DNA of 64,000 bases from contig CAVTBU010000003.1 in NCBI GenBank assembly GCA_963733035.1, positions 1-64,000 on the forward strand, given 5' to 3'. Positions within the stretch are counted from its first letter, which is position 1. Each line of letters begins with the position of its first letter. Made by a program: the position numbers and the translations under genes. Shown here in pieces: positions 40,835 to 52,071 of the stretch. The stretch is from Pirellulales bacterium (GTDB lineage: Bacteria > Planctomycetota > Planctomycetia > Pirellulales > PALSA-1355). The notes under the pieces are model-generated. The model made no database searches. It was not told the DNA's origin and was given only the letters and a program-made list of their open reading frames with translations.

Positions 40835-41791
40835 TTAGCGCTGTGCAAAACGTTGGGCCTGCTCGATGACGTCGACTCCCACCCGCTGGCTCCAAGCGGA
40901 CATGCAGTCGACAAACACCGGGCCCGGGTGTCCCTGGGCAATCGGCCGGTCGTTGAACCGCAACACAGGCAGGATGCAGGGCGACGTGCTGGTGAGAAAG
41001 ACTTCGTCGGCCGCGGCGACGTCGGCGGGCTGCAAGTCGCGATGCGCGAATGGGATGTCTAACTCCGCGGCGATCTCGAGCAGCACGGCCTGGCTGATGC
41101 CTGGCAGAACTTTTTCTGCAGGCGGTAGCAACAGTCCTTCTGCTGGCCGGTAGATCAGGATGTTGGCAGTGGTCGTCTCGAGAACCGATCCGCCTTCGTC
41201 GAGCATCAGAGCTCGACTGCCAGGCGAATGGCGACGTGCATGAAGATCGGCCAGGTAATAGTGCATGCGGCTGCGACACTTGAGTTCCGGTGGCCAGCAG
41301 GCGGCGGGAACCTGCGCCACGTCGGCGGCTACGAGCGACTCGCCCTGTTCGAACTTTGCGGCCCACTGGGCAAAACGGAGCGGAAACGTATGCAAGCAGA
41401 CCGTCGCTGCCGGCGGCTCGGCCGACATGGCCGCGTAGGGACCGGGAGTGACAAACATGGAGAGTCCCAGGTCGTCGCCGGTGGACAGCAACGGGTGATT
41501 GCGCGCTACCAACTCCAGGGCAACCTCCGCCAACGCCTCGCGCGTGAGGCCAGCCTCGACTTCGACAATCGACAGCGAGTGGAACAACCGCTCGATATGT
41601 TGTTCGAGGCGAAACAGGCGGCCGGCGAATGTGCGAAGCTGTTCGGCGACGGCCGTGCCTTGCACAAAGCCACCATCGGAAACGGGCAGCTGGGCTTGAG
41701 CGGCGGGGACGTAGCGGCCGTTGAGATAGGCGAAGGGTTGGGGCATGTGGCGCTTGCGCTGTGAGGGACTGAGTGCGGCGGGAGTCGTCAC
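40835..41791 (-). CDS. Aminotransferase class IV family protein
   Basis: AYLNG, LFRLEQHIERL, LKCRSRMHY, LPGIS, DEVFLTST. Confidence 0.88.
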   Translation of the reverse strand: MTTPAALSPSQRKRHMPQPFAYLNGRYVPAAQAQLPVSDGGFVQGTAVAEQLRTFAGRLFRLEQHIERLFHSLSIVEVEAGLTREALAEVALELVARNHPLLSTGDDLGLSMFVTPGPYAAMSAEPPAATVCLHTFPLRFAQWAAKFEQGESLVAADVAQVPAACWPPELKCRSRMHYYLADLHARRHSPGSRALMLDEGGSVLETTTANILIYRPAEGLLLPPAEKVLPGISQAVLLEIAAELDIPFAHRDLQPADVAAADEVFLTSTSPCILPVLRFNDRPIAQGHPGPVFVDCMSAWSQRVGVDVIEQAQRFAQR

Positions 41792-41849
41792 GGGTGGACG
41801 GCCGACGCGGCAGTTTTTCGATTCTTGACCGGCATTCGGGTTCGTTCGT

Positions 41850-42848
41850 TCAGGGAATCACGCAGTGTTTGCCTTGACACGTGTCGCGGCGCTGGAGTTC
41901 GGCTTCGAAGGCCATGCGCACGGCCGGTTTGTCGAGGCACCAGGCCGGTCCGACAAAATAATCCGGCGGTGCGTCGCCGCTGATGCGTTCGACCATCGTC
42001 GTGCGCGGCAACAGTTCGAGGAAGTCGACGAGCGTGTGGATGTATTCCTCGCGATCCATGAGCTGCACTTCGCCGCTGGCGACCTGCTCGGCCAGGGGGG
42101 TGTTCTTGACGGCGTAAAGGTTGTGAATCTTAATGGCGTCGAGACCCAGCCGCGCGACTTCGCGAGCCGTCTCGAGCATGTCGGCATGCGATTCGCCGGG
42201 CAACCCAAGCATGATATGGGCGCAGATTTCGAACGATCGGCCGCGGCTGCGGTTCATGGCGTCGATCATGGCATCGTGGTGGTGGCCGCGGTTCATCCAG
42301 TCGAGCGACCGGTCGTGCATGGTTTGCATGCCATATTCGACGGAGAGATAGGTGCGGCGTCCGATCTCGTCGAGCAATTCGAGCACGTCGTCCGCGACGC
42401 AGTCGGGCCGGGTGCCGACGGCCATCCCGACGATTGCCGGATGTGCGAGCGCCTCTTCGTAAACCTCGCGCAGGCGGTCGAGGGGGGCATAGGTGTTTGT
42501 GGCGGGCTGGAAATACGCGAGGAATTGCTCCACTTTGCGGTACCGCAGGCGGAGTTGCCGGATGCCGGCGTCGATTTGGTCGCGAATGTCCCGCCGCGAC
42601 ACGCGACGGCTGGGGCTGAAACTGCGATTGTCGCAGAATGTGCAGCCACCGGTGGCTACCGTGCCGTCGACGTTTGGACAAGTAAACCTGGCGTCGATGC
42701 TGACCTTTTGGACGCGGCCGCCGAATTTCTGCCGCAGGAAGTGGTTGTAGCCGTAGTAGCGTAGCCCGGCTGCGTGCCAGTCGAACGTCGGGGAGGCGGA
42801 ACCGCGAGGGGTCGGGTGCCTGCCGTTTGGGCAAAGGGGGATAGCCAC
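41850..42848 (-). CDS. TIGR01212 (YhcC-like) radical SAM protein; start uncertain
   Basis: CPNVDG...GGCTFC, YFQ, GTRPDC, IKIHNL. Confidence 0.9.
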   Translation of the reverse strand: MAIPLCPNGRHPTPRGSASPTFDWHAAGLRYYGYNHFLRQKFGGRVQKVSIDARFTCPNVDGTVATGGCTFCDNRSFSPSRRVSRRDIRDQIDAGIRQLRLRYRKVEQFLAYFQPATNTYAPLDRLREVYEEALAHPAIVGMAVGTRPDCVADDVLELLDEIGRRTYLSVEYGMQTMHDRSLDWMNRGHHHDAMIDAMNRSRGRSFEICAHIMLGLPGESHADMLETAREVARLGLDAIKIHNLYAVKNTPLAEQVASGEVQLMDREEYIHTLVDFLELLPRTTMVERISGDAPPDYFVGPAWCLDKPAVRMAFEAELQRRDTCQGKHCVIP

Positions 42849-42886
42849 AAACCCTTACCTTGTGGTGAGTTATTGACGAAAAATGG

Positions 42887-42915
42887 TTGACTGCCAAGGG
42901 GCGGGTATCTACACT
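42887..42915 (+). promoter_or_regulatory. Sigma-70 promoter for the FHA gene
   Basis: TTGACT-N17-TACACT. Confidence 0.65.
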
Positions 42916-42983
42916 TCAAGTTAAGACTCCCCGCACGATCATAAGTCTTGTAAATAGGTGTCACAAGGTAAAGACGGACAGAC

Positions 42984-43472
42984 ATGCACGGCGAACTAGT
43001 TCCCCTTGGAGGAGGCGACCCGATCCCGTTGCTCAAGAAGAACCTGCTGGTCGGACGTCGCGAGAGCTGCGACATCGTCTTGCGGTTCTCGAATGTTTCG
43101 GCCCACCACTGCCAGTTGTACTGCAACGGCGGTTATTGGTACGTCAAGGATCTGCAAAGCCGAAACGGGATCAAGGTCAACGGATTGCGAGTCACGGAAA
43201 AACGGCTCGATCCGGGCGACGAGCTCTCGGTCGCCAAGCATCGCTACGACGTTCGGTATTCGCCGTTCGACCTGGGGGCCATTGGGCCGCCACCGGTCGA
43301 CGACGAGACCACGAACGTGATGAAACAGTCGCTGCTGGAGCGCGCCGGCCTGGAGTATCGGTCGAGCAGCAAGCCGTCATCCGCTCCCAAACAGCCGAAG
43401 AGAATGGGCGAGCGGTTCGATATTCTCGACGACAGCGAAGGCCAGATCAAAGATCCGAACCGCCCCGTGTAG
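42984..43472 (+). CDS. FHA domain protein
   Basis: VGRRESCD...VSAHH...DLQSRNG. Confidence 0.9.
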   Translation: MHGELVPLGGGDPIPLLKKNLLVGRRESCDIVLRFSNVSAHHCQLYCNGGYWYVKDLQSRNGIKVNGLRVTEKRLDPGDELSVAKHRYDVRYSPFDLGAIGPPPVDDETTNVMKQSLLERAGLEYRSSSKPSSAPKQPKRMGERFDILDDSEGQIKDPNRPV

Positions 43473-43593
43473 GATTCAAGGAGCCCCTATGGGATCAAGG
43501 GTGAAGGGTGAACGCCGACGGAACCTCGATGCGGTTCGGTTGCCGGGTCGGTTTTCACCCCTCAGCCTTTATCCTGTAGGACGTCCTCTCTGA

Positions 43594-44724
43594 ATGGCGG
43601 CCAAAAAAAAGCAGAAGATTCGGGCTCAGTTTCGCAAGAACCGTGCGGAGCGGGCTCGGAGTGACGAATGGACGCGTCGATTCCGCGCCGAAGGGGCCGA
43701 AGGGGTCGATGACGCCGCGCTGGCCGAACGCATCAGTGGCAAGGGCGAGCTCAATCGTCGCCGCACGGTTTTGGTCGAACTTGCCGCAGGCGACGCGGCA
43801 GCGCAGCTCGACGTTGACGACTCGCTGGTCAAGTTGGGGCGTGTGTTGGCCGTCCAGGGTTTGTTGAGCACTGTTCAGGCCGAAGACGGCGCCGTGTTCA
43901 TGTGCGCCACGCGGCGGCTGCTGAAGACAATGGCCACCGACGAACGCCACGTGGTCGCGGCCGGCGACTTCGTGATGTTTCGGCCGGTTACGGCCGACGA
44001 GGGTATCATCGAACGGGTTGAACCCCGCAAAACGGTGCTCAGCCGTGCGACGCGTGGTCGCCAGCACATTTTGGTGGCCAATGCCGACCAGCTTCTGATT
44101 GTCGGCAGCGCGGCCGAACCTTACCTGAAACCGCACCTGATCGATCGGTTCTTGATCAGCGCCCACCAGACCGGTCTGCGGCCCTTGATCTGCATCAACA
44201 AAATCGACCTGGTCGATCCGGCTTCACTGGCGCCGCTGGTGGGCACCTATAGTCAAATGGGCTACCGCGTGCTGATGCTCTCGGCAGCAACCGGCTTTGG
44301 CATCGACCGCTTGCGACAGGAGTTGAACGGGCGTGCTAGCGTCGTGGCGGGGCAAAGCGGCGTCGGCAAATCGTCGCTGTTGAACGCCGTGGACCCGGCG
44401 CTCGTGCTGCGCACCGCTGCGGTCAGCACCGAAACGCAAAAGGGACGGCACACGACGACTACGGCCCGGCTGTGGCCCCTTTCGACGGGCGGCTACGTCA
44501 TCGATACGCCGGGAATCCGCCAGTTTCAATTGTGGGACGTGATCCCGGCGGAAGTGGCCGGCTATTTCCGCGATTTGCGCCCGTATATCAATCACTGCCG
44601 GTTTCCGAACTGCACGCATACCCATGAGTCGAACTGCGCCGTGAAAAATGCCGTGGCCGACGGTTGGCTCGACCTGCGTCGATACGAAAGCTATTGCCAG
44701 TTATTTGCCGGAGATACCCAGTAA
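43594..44724 (+). CDS. rsgA: Ribosome small subunit-dependent GTPase A
   Basis: NKID, GQSGVGKSS, GRHTT, DTPG, CRFPNCTHTHESNC. Confidence 0.96.
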   Translation: MAAKKKQKIRAQFRKNRAERARSDEWTRRFRAEGAEGVDDAALAERISGKGELNRRRTVLVELAAGDAAAQLDVDDSLVKLGRVLAVQGLLSTVQAEDGAVFMCATRRLLKTMATDERHVVAAGDFVMFRPVTADEGIIERVEPRKTVLSRATRGRQHILVANADQLLIVGSAAEPYLKPHLIDRFLISAHQTGLRPLICINKIDLVDPASLAPLVGTYSQMGYRVLMLSAATGFGIDRLRQELNGRASVVAGQSGVGKSSLLNAVDPALVLRTAAVSTETQKGRHTTTTARLWPLSTGGYVIDTPGIRQFQLWDVIPAEVAGYFRDLRPYINHCRFPNCTHTHESNCAVKNAVADGWLDLRRYESYCQLFAGDTQ

Positions 44725-44884
44725 CGACGAACCCCAGGCACCGCCAGACTGTCCAGCTAGTTGGTTTTACCCAGTGAACCAATTGCCATTTGCGGAGTAG
44801 AATTGAATACGTGGCCGAGCCGAAACGAGCTCGCATCAGGCTACGTTGAACCCTTCAGGAACAACCAATAGGAAACGAGCGCCT

Positions 44885-46236
44885 GTGACAGAAAAAAACC
44901 GGGTTGAGAGCGTCGCCAGCGAGGCGGCCATTCTCGTCGGAGTGTTACTTCCACATCAAGAATTTCACGGCGATCCGCTGGAGGAATTGGAGGGGCTGGC
45001 CACGACGGCCGGTTCGCGCGTGGTTGGTCAATTGACTCAACGCCGTCAGACGCCCGACATCACCACCTATCTTGGCAAGGGAAAGGTGGATGAACTCAAG
45101 CAACTGGTCGGAGCGACCGACGCCGATGTCGTGTTGTTCGACAACGATCTGACGCCCGCTCAAACCCGGAATCTCGAAGAAGCCTCCGGCATCAAGGTGC
45201 TCGATCGGAGCGAGCTGATTCTCGATATCTTCGCCAGCCGCGCGAGACGTACCAGGCCCGACTGGCCGTCGAGCTCGCGCAACTGCAATACTCGCTACCG
45301 CGGCTGAAGCAGATGTGGAATCACTTGTCGCGGCTCAAGATGGGCATCGGCATGCGTGGTCCTGGCGAGAAGCAGCTGGAAGTCGACCGCCGACTGGTCG
45401 AGAAGAAGATCAGCGAATTACGAGGCGAACTCAAGGCGATCGAACAGCGCAAGGAGCGCGAAGTTGCGGCCCGCAGCGAACGGATGACCGTTTCGTTGGT
45501 CGGCTACACGAACGCTGGCAAGAGCACGCTGCTCAACAAGCTCACGGGGGCCGACGTGCTGGCCGAGAACCGGCTGTTCGCGACGCTCGATACGCGGACC
45601 CGGCGGTGGCAACTTCCCGGCTGGGGACCGGTGCTGCTGAGCGATACAGTTGGTTTCATCCGCGACTTGCCCCACCATTTGATCGCCAGCTTCAAGGCCA
45701 CGCTCGAAGAGGCACGGCATGCCGACCTGCTGCTGCACGTGGCCGATGCCAGCAATCCGGCGGCGCTGGAGCAGATTGCCGTGGTCTATCAGGTGCTCGA
45801 GGAGTTGGGCATCAAGGAGAAGGATACGCTGCTGGTGCTCAACAAGACCGACGCTACGGATCGAGGCCAGCTGGCAGCGCTTCGTAGTCGCTATCCGCAC
45901 GGGCTGTCCGTCAGCGCCTACACCGGAGACGGCATCGACAAGCTGTCCGCGGCCGTCAGCCAGGTGCTCAGCAACAACTTCCTCGACATCGACGTGGAAA
46001 CCGGGGTGGAAAATGGCCGCTTGTTGGCGTTGCTTTCAAACCATGGCGAAGTGCTTTCCAAACGCTACACCGACTCTCGCGTGATCGTGCACTGCCGAAT
46101 TCCAGAGCGCGCGATGGGACATCTCCGCGGCACGGGTGCGGACATCCGCCCGCATGGCCGTGCGGCGATGGGTTCGAACGGCGCAAACGGTCACGCACCG
46201 CCTCATTATGCCAACGGGCAGCAAGCCAGCCAGTAG
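44885..46236 (+). CDS. hflX: GTPase HflX; apparent frameshift ~45245
   Basis: LILDIFA; GPGEKQLE; GYTNAGKST; DTVGF; NKTD. Confidence 0.95.
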
Positions 46237-46324
46237 TCTGGCTCGCGGCGGCCCGCAATGAAAATCCAAGGCAAGTTGTGGCCCGGATTTCTTCATTGAC
46301 CGGTGTGTCACTATATTGTTCCGC

Positions 46325-47107
46325 ATGGCACGTCGAGAAATCACAGGGCTACGCGGCATTCTGACTGGCGCTTCCAGTGGCATTGGTCGGGCGCTGGCCG
46401 TGGAACTGGTGCAACAGGGAGCACGACTCGTCGTGGTCGCCAGGCGGCAGGCGCGTTTGGACGAGCTGAAGCAGAGTCTGGCGGGCGCAACGGGGGAAAT
46501 TCTGACGCTGGCCGCGGACGTGACGGAGCCGGTTGCGCAACGCGCCGCCATCGAGCGGGCCAAGGACGCCTTTGGGGGTCTCGATTTCGTCGTCAACAAT
46601 GCCGGCGTCGGGGCGATGGGCCGATTCGAAGAGGCTTCTCCCGAGCGGCTGCGGCAGGTGATGGAAGTCAACTTCTTTGCCGCTGCCGAGCTGACGCGCG
46701 ACGCGGTCCCACTACTGAAGCAGGGGCGTCACCCGATCGTGGTTAACGTGAGCAGCGTGTTGGGGCATCGCGGCGTGCCGGGCTACGCGGAGTATTGTGC
46801 CAGCAAGTTTGCTCTCGAGGGCTTCAGCCAATCCCTGCGAGCCGAGCTCGCCCCACAGGGGATCGACGTGCTGGTGGTGAGCCCCGCGCGAACTCGCACC
46901 GAGTTTTTTGAGCAAGCAATCGGCGCCGAGGCCACGCCCTGGCCGCTGATAAAAGGCATGACCTCCGAGACAGTAGCCCGGCGGATCGTCCATGCGATGC
47001 GGCGGGGAAAGCATCAACTGATTATCAGCCTGGGCGGCAAAGCCTTGGTATGGGTCAGCCGATTGCTGCCGGGAATCGTCGACCGGATCTTAGCGCGGCA
47101 CGGCTAA
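46325..47107 (+). CDS. SDR family oxidoreductase
   Basis: TGASSGIG, NNAG, YCASK. Confidence 0.92.
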   Translation: MARREITGLRGILTGASSGIGRALAVELVQQGARLVVVARRQARLDELKQSLAGATGEILTLAADVTEPVAQRAAIERAKDAFGGLDFVVNNAGVGAMGRFEEASPERLRQVMEVNFFAAAELTRDAVPLLKQGRHPIVVNVSSVLGHRGVPGYAEYCASKFALEGFSQSLRAELAPQGIDVLVVSPARTRTEFFEQAIGAEATPWPLIKGMTSETVARRIVHAMRRGKHQLIISLGGKALVWVSRLLPGIVDRILARHG

Positions 47108-47292
47108 CCTGGCTGAAGGAGGCCTTTTTCGCTGGTTGAAAGGCCCTCCGCAACCCTCGGCGGCTGGGCTGACATCCGGAGGAATTTGCGTTATTCTAGG
47201 AGTTTGCGATCCTGGCGGAGCCTAACGCCGGGTTCGTTTGGTTCCCGCCCTCCCAGATTGCAGCCAACCGATCTCCCCAAGGAGCCCTTCCG

Positions 47293-48750
47293 ATGTCGAA
47301 GCGTACACGACGCCAGTTTCTGGAAGATTCGATGTTTGCGGCGGCAGCCGCAGTTGCGGCCAGTCCGGCCACCGCGGCGTTTGCAGCCGAGAAGGCCCCT
47401 AGCGACAGCCCGAGCGAAAAGCTGGGCGTGGCCGTGGTTGGTTGCGGCGGGCGCGGCGGCTCACACTTGGATGCCTTTGCCAGCCGCCCGGACAGCGAAG
47501 TTCTGTACGTCGTCGACGTGGACGAAAACACCGCCAAACGTCGCGCCAAGTACGTCACCGAAAAGCAGGGACGCGAGCCGAAGATCGTGGCCGATATGCG
47601 AGACGCGTTTGACGATCCGGCCGTCGACATTGTGACGACGGCCACTCCCAACCACTGGCACTCCTTGGTGGCCATCTGGGCGATGCAGGCGGGCAAGGAT
47701 GTGTATGTCGAAAAGCCGGTGAGCCACAACGTGAGTGAAGGACGCCGCGCGGTGGAAGCGGCTCGCAAATACAACCGCATCTGCCAGACCGGGACACAGT
47801 GCCGGTCGAACAAGGGCATGCAGGATGCGATGCAGTACATTCACGACGGCAAGCTTGGCAAGGTCAACGTCGCCCGGGGATTGTGCTACAAACGCCGTCC
47901 TTCGATCGGCGCCAGGGGAGACTACCCGGTGCCGAAGGAGGTGAACTACGACCTGTGGTTGGGACCAGCGCCGATCGCACCCGTCACGCGTCCGCGGTTT
48001 CACTACGATTGGCACTGGCAGTGGCCGTACGGCAATGGCGACCTCGGCAACCAGGGGATCCACCAGATGGACCTCTGCCGGTGGGCCCTGGGCGTTGACC
48101 GCTTGAGCGATTGGGTGCTGAGCTACGGTGGCCGCGTCGGCTACGAAGACGCCGGCGACACCGCCAACACCCAGATGATCGTGCACGGCTACGGCGATCA
48201 GGCTCTGGTGTTTGAAGTGCGTGGGCTGGTAACCGAACCGTATAAGGGCGCCAACGTCGGCATCATCATTGAAGGCGCCGACGGCTACCTTGTGATGACC
48301 AGCTACGACGACGGAGCCGCCTTTGATCCGGACGGCAAGATCGTGCAGGAATTCACCGGCGGCGGCGATCACTTTGGTAACTTCGTCGCGGCCGTGCGTA
48401 GCCGCAATCATGAGGATCTGAACGCCGACATCGAGGAGGGGCACCTCTCGAGCGCCTTGTGCCACCTGGGTAACATTTCCTACCGCTTGGGCGAGCCGCT
48501 GTCGGTGCCGCAGATTGAAGAGCGGTTGCAGGATCTCAAGTCCGCCGAGCACGCGGTGGCGAGCTACGAGCGATTTAAGGAACATCTGGCACACAACAAG
48601 CTCGACCTGGATACGCTCAAACTCGGCTATGGCGTAAAGCTGGACTTCGACCCGGCCAGCGAGACCTTCAAGGATAATTCGCAAGCCGATGCGATGCTGA
48701 CCCGGGAGTATCGGGCGCCGTTCGTGGTGCCGGCCAAAGGCCAGGTATAG
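47293..48750 (+). CDS. Tat-exported Gfo/Idh/MocA oxidoreductase
   Basis: TRRQFL; GCGGRG; ATPNHWH; YVEKP. Confidence 0.92.
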   Translation: MSKRTRRQFLEDSMFAAAAAVAASPATAAFAAEKAPSDSPSEKLGVAVVGCGGRGGSHLDAFASRPDSEVLYVVDVDENTAKRRAKYVTEKQGREPKIVADMRDAFDDPAVDIVTTATPNHWHSLVAIWAMQAGKDVYVEKPVSHNVSEGRRAVEAARKYNRICQTGTQCRSNKGMQDAMQYIHDGKLGKVNVARGLCYKRRPSIGARGDYPVPKEVNYDLWLGPAPIAPVTRPRFHYDWHWQWPYGNGDLGNQGIHQMDLCRWALGVDRLSDWVLSYGGRVGYEDAGDTANTQMIVHGYGDQALVFEVRGLVTEPYKGANVGIIIEGADGYLVMTSYDDGAAFDPDGKIVQEFTGGGDHFGNFVAAVRSRNHEDLNADIEEGHLSSALCHLGNISYRLGEPLSVPQIEERLQDLKSAEHAVASYERFKEHLAHNKLDLDTLKLGYGVKLDFDPASETFKDNSQADAMLTREYRAPFVVPAKGQV

Positions 48751-48813
48751 TCGAACAAACGAATCGAGGAGGAAGGCTGGAGGATACATCGTCCTTCAGC
48801 CTTTCTTTATTTC

Positions 48814-49602
48814 ATGGCGACATCAGAACCTGGTTTTGGGATTCTGTTCGAGGACGAGCATGTCTTGGCGGTCAACAAGCCAACCGGCATTACCACGCAG
48901 GCACCGCGGGCGATTGAGAGTCTGGAGTCCCGTATCCGGCGGTACCTGGCCGCAGCGGACCGCTCGACGGAAGAGGTGTATCTCGGAATTCCGCACCGGC
49001 TCGATCGGCCGGTATCCGGCGTGATGGTGTTTGCCAAGACGCGCCGCGCGGCGCGCCGGCTTTCCAAGCAGTTCGCGCGGCGCCGCGTGAAGAAAGTTTA
49101 CTGGACCTGCGTCGAGCGAACGGTCGAGCCGCTGGATGGAACCTGGGTCGACTTTCTCTACAAGTTTCATGGTCAACCGAAGACGGCCGTGGTCGAGGCC
49201 ACGCATCCGGACTCGCAAGAGGCGATTTTGCATTACCGCACGCGAGGCTTTCACCAGGCCGGGTCGTGGCTGGAGATTGAACTCGAGACCGGGAGAACGC
49301 ACCAGATTCGCGTGCAGTCGTCGACGCGGGGACACCCGGTGCTCGGCGACGAAATGTATGGTGCGAGGATCCCGTTTGGGCCCTATCACGACGACGAGCG
49401 ACAGCGATTGATTGCGCTGCACGCGCGGTCGCTGACGTTCTTTCACCCGTTGAGCAAGGAGGCGATGACGCTGGAAGCGCCCTTGGGTGACGCTTGGGCG
49501 GCACTGACGTTAACGCGGCGTAACGGTGTGGGGTGTGGCGCGGGTGAGTTGGCAACTGGTACCGAGAGACGCGAGGAGCTTCCCGACAAAACGGGGGGCT
49601 GA
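48814..49602 (+). CDS. RluA-family pseudouridine synthase
   Basis: VNKPTG, HRLDRPVSG, TGRTHQIR, LHA. Confidence 0.92.
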   Translation: MATSEPGFGILFEDEHVLAVNKPTGITTQAPRAIESLESRIRRYLAAADRSTEEVYLGIPHRLDRPVSGVMVFAKTRRAARRLSKQFARRRVKKVYWTCVERTVEPLDGTWVDFLYKFHGQPKTAVVEATHPDSQEAILHYRTRGFHQAGSWLEIELETGRTHQIRVQSSTRGHPVLGDEMYGARIPFGPYHDDERQRLIALHARSLTFFHPLSKEAMTLEAPLGDAWAALTLTRRNGVGCGAGELATGTERREELPDKTGG

Positions 49603-49624
49603 AGGCGTGAGCATCGCCGGGACG

Positions 49625-51042
49625 TCAGGTGATCCATCCCAGCGAATGCAGGAAGTTCCACAACCACGGGTGCGTCCATGGATTCCATGTCGGATAGCTA
49701 GCCGACATGACGCTCAGCGCCAGCAGCACCGAGGCAAATACCTGAGCGGCGCGACAACATGCCAGCCGGTCGGCGGCCGGCAAGAGGGCCACGAGCCAGA
49801 GCGGCGCGAACCAGAACATCCAGCGAAAGCCGCTCGTCATGCCGCCGTAGTTGCGATCGATTTCCGGCCGCAGCATGTAGAACGTCAGGCAGACGACCGA
49901 CAACAGCCCGATGAAGATCGCCAGCGCCGGTAAATCGCGGCGCCACAGCAGCCATAGTCCCCATACGCTCAGCAGCCAAATGGGTGTCAGCGAGAAGATT
50001 CCATGATGGCCAATCGTGGAATGCAGGACGTAGGTGCCCAGGCACGGCTCGCCACGATCAATTCCCTGTGGATTCCGCCAGTAGCTGTCGCGCAGTTTCC
50101 CACCCCGCATGTAAGAGTAGTCGTACCAGTTGTCCTCGGGGATTGTCGCGCTGCGGTGCATGTAAGGGGGCGCAGGCTGCCGTGCGCCAGATAGTTCGTC
50201 CCCAGAGCGGCCGCCGCGACGATGAGCGCCGGCGGCGCGAAAGCAACGAGCGCCGGTCGCGGACATTTCCAGAGCAATACTGCGCCGGTTAGCGCAAACA
50301 GCGACAGAGCGGGCAATTCGTTGGTGACCGCCAGTGCCGAGAAGAAACCAGCCAGCACAAAGTATCGTCGTCGCCGCTCGCCGTCGTACCAGATGCGCAC
50401 GAGCGCCCAAAGCACGACGGCAGCGCAGACGGCGGCGGGCAGATGGTTGTTGATCGATACGGCAAACGTCGTGAGAAACGTGCCAAAGCAGGCGGCGGCA
50501 ACCATGAACATGCGGCCGAAGTCTGTCGTGCCGAGGCGTTCGGCCAACAGCGCGAGCACGAAGAAATAGAGCACCAGCGGCACGACGTTGAACAGCACCA
50601 GCAGCGAGCGGCCGACCTCGTACGGGTATTCGCCGAGCGTGGCGCCAGTCGTGTGGTGGATCAGCCAATAGGGGCCCGCCATCACCGTGGCGAAAAGGGG
50701 GGGCTTGCTCGAGTACTGGTGTAGCTGGCCGTCCCACCCTCGATGTTGCACCATGTCGATGGTGTCCCAGCCGCGCTCTTGGATCACATCGTCGATCGTA
50801 TAGGTGCCGTGTTCAACCAGTGCTCGGACCGTAGCCCAGCGGCTGCGATCGTTGGCGCTCAGGAAAGGCCGCTGTCGCTGCCAGTCCTTGCGTCCCTCGC
50901 GATAGAGCTGGGCTTCGACGGCAATCACGTCCACGGAACTGACGGCCAGGATGCGACCGAGCATGGCACCGGTCGACAACGCGATGAGCAACAGATACAC
51001 GCCCCAGCGGAGCGGGCGCGTCGGGTCGCTGGTTTCATTCAT
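49625..51042 (-). CDS. Polytopic membrane protein, GT-C/ArnT-like candidate; frameshift ~50168
   Basis: Many TM segments; SANDRSRW; YSSKPPL; split at a C homopolymer. Confidence 0.7.
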
Positions 51043-52016
51043 GAGGCGTGGGCGTGGCGCGGTCGGCGTGCTCGGGCGTGCGCTCGGCCACCGAGTAGGT
51101 GTCGGTGTCGCGCACCTGGTAGGCGGTGATTAACTCGGCCAAAAAGCCCATCGACATGAGCTGCGCCGAGCAACAAGGCTCCCAGAGAATAGAGTACCGC
51201 CGGCCGCTGGTGCAAGGGCGTGATTTCCCAGCCTGGAATGGTATGGCCCAGCACCCAATTGACGGCCAGCGCCGCCATGCCCAGGAAGCCAAGCGTGAAC
51301 GAAATCACTCCGATCGTGCCCAGCACGTGCTGCGGGCGCTGGCCGAAACCGGTGAGGAACTTCACGGTGAGCAGGTCGAGAAAGCCCTTCATGATCCGCC
51401 GCACGCCGTACTTCGATTGTCCGAACTTGCGGGGACGATGATGAATGGCGATTTCGCCCACGGAAAAGCCACGCGCCGCGGCCAGCACCGGGACGAAGCG
51501 ATGTAATTCGCCGTACAGCCGCACTTCGCCCAGCACGCTGCGGCGGTAGCATTTCATGCCGCAGTTGTGATCGTGCAATCGCACGCCCGTCATCCAACTG
51601 ACCAGGGCGTTGAAGGCCCGCGAGGGATAGACCTTGTGCCAGGGATCGTGGCGCACCTGCTTCCAGCCGCTGACGACGTCGAGCTCCTCGGACATCGCCG
51701 CGAGGAAACGGGGGATTTCGTGCGGATCGTCCTGCAAGTCGGCGTCAAGCGTCATCACCAACTCGCCGCGCACTGCCCGAAAGCCGGCCGACAGCGCGGC
51801 AGCCTTGCCAAAGTTGCGACGGAAGCGAATGCCCCGCACGCGCGAATCCTGGGCTGCTAAACGGCGGATAACACTCCACGAGCCGTCCTTTGAACCGTCA
51901 TCAATGAAGATGATTTCAAGATCATAGTCGCCCGCACGCGCAACTTCGTCGAGCTCCTGGTGCAAGAGTTCGAGGCTTTCGCGTTCGTTGAAGACGGGGA
52001 TGACGATCGACAACAT
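51035..52016 (-). CDS. GT2 polyprenol-phosphate glycosyltransferase (ArnC/GtrB-like); frameshift ~51163
   Basis: IPVFNE, IDDGSKD, RNFGK, DADLQDDP; two C-terminal TM segments. Confidence 0.9.
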
Positions 52017-52071
52017 CGACTTGCCGGGTCGGGAGGAGGGAGTCACGGGCCGTCGACGGCGTTGGGGGCGC

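Noticed and set aside
8877..48789. Long antisense ORFs (e.g. 8877-10400, 21323-22858, 22839-24587, 27847-29457, 33194-35050, 47461-48789)
   Set aside because: Shadow frames of real genes in high-GC DNA, with no recognisable motifs.
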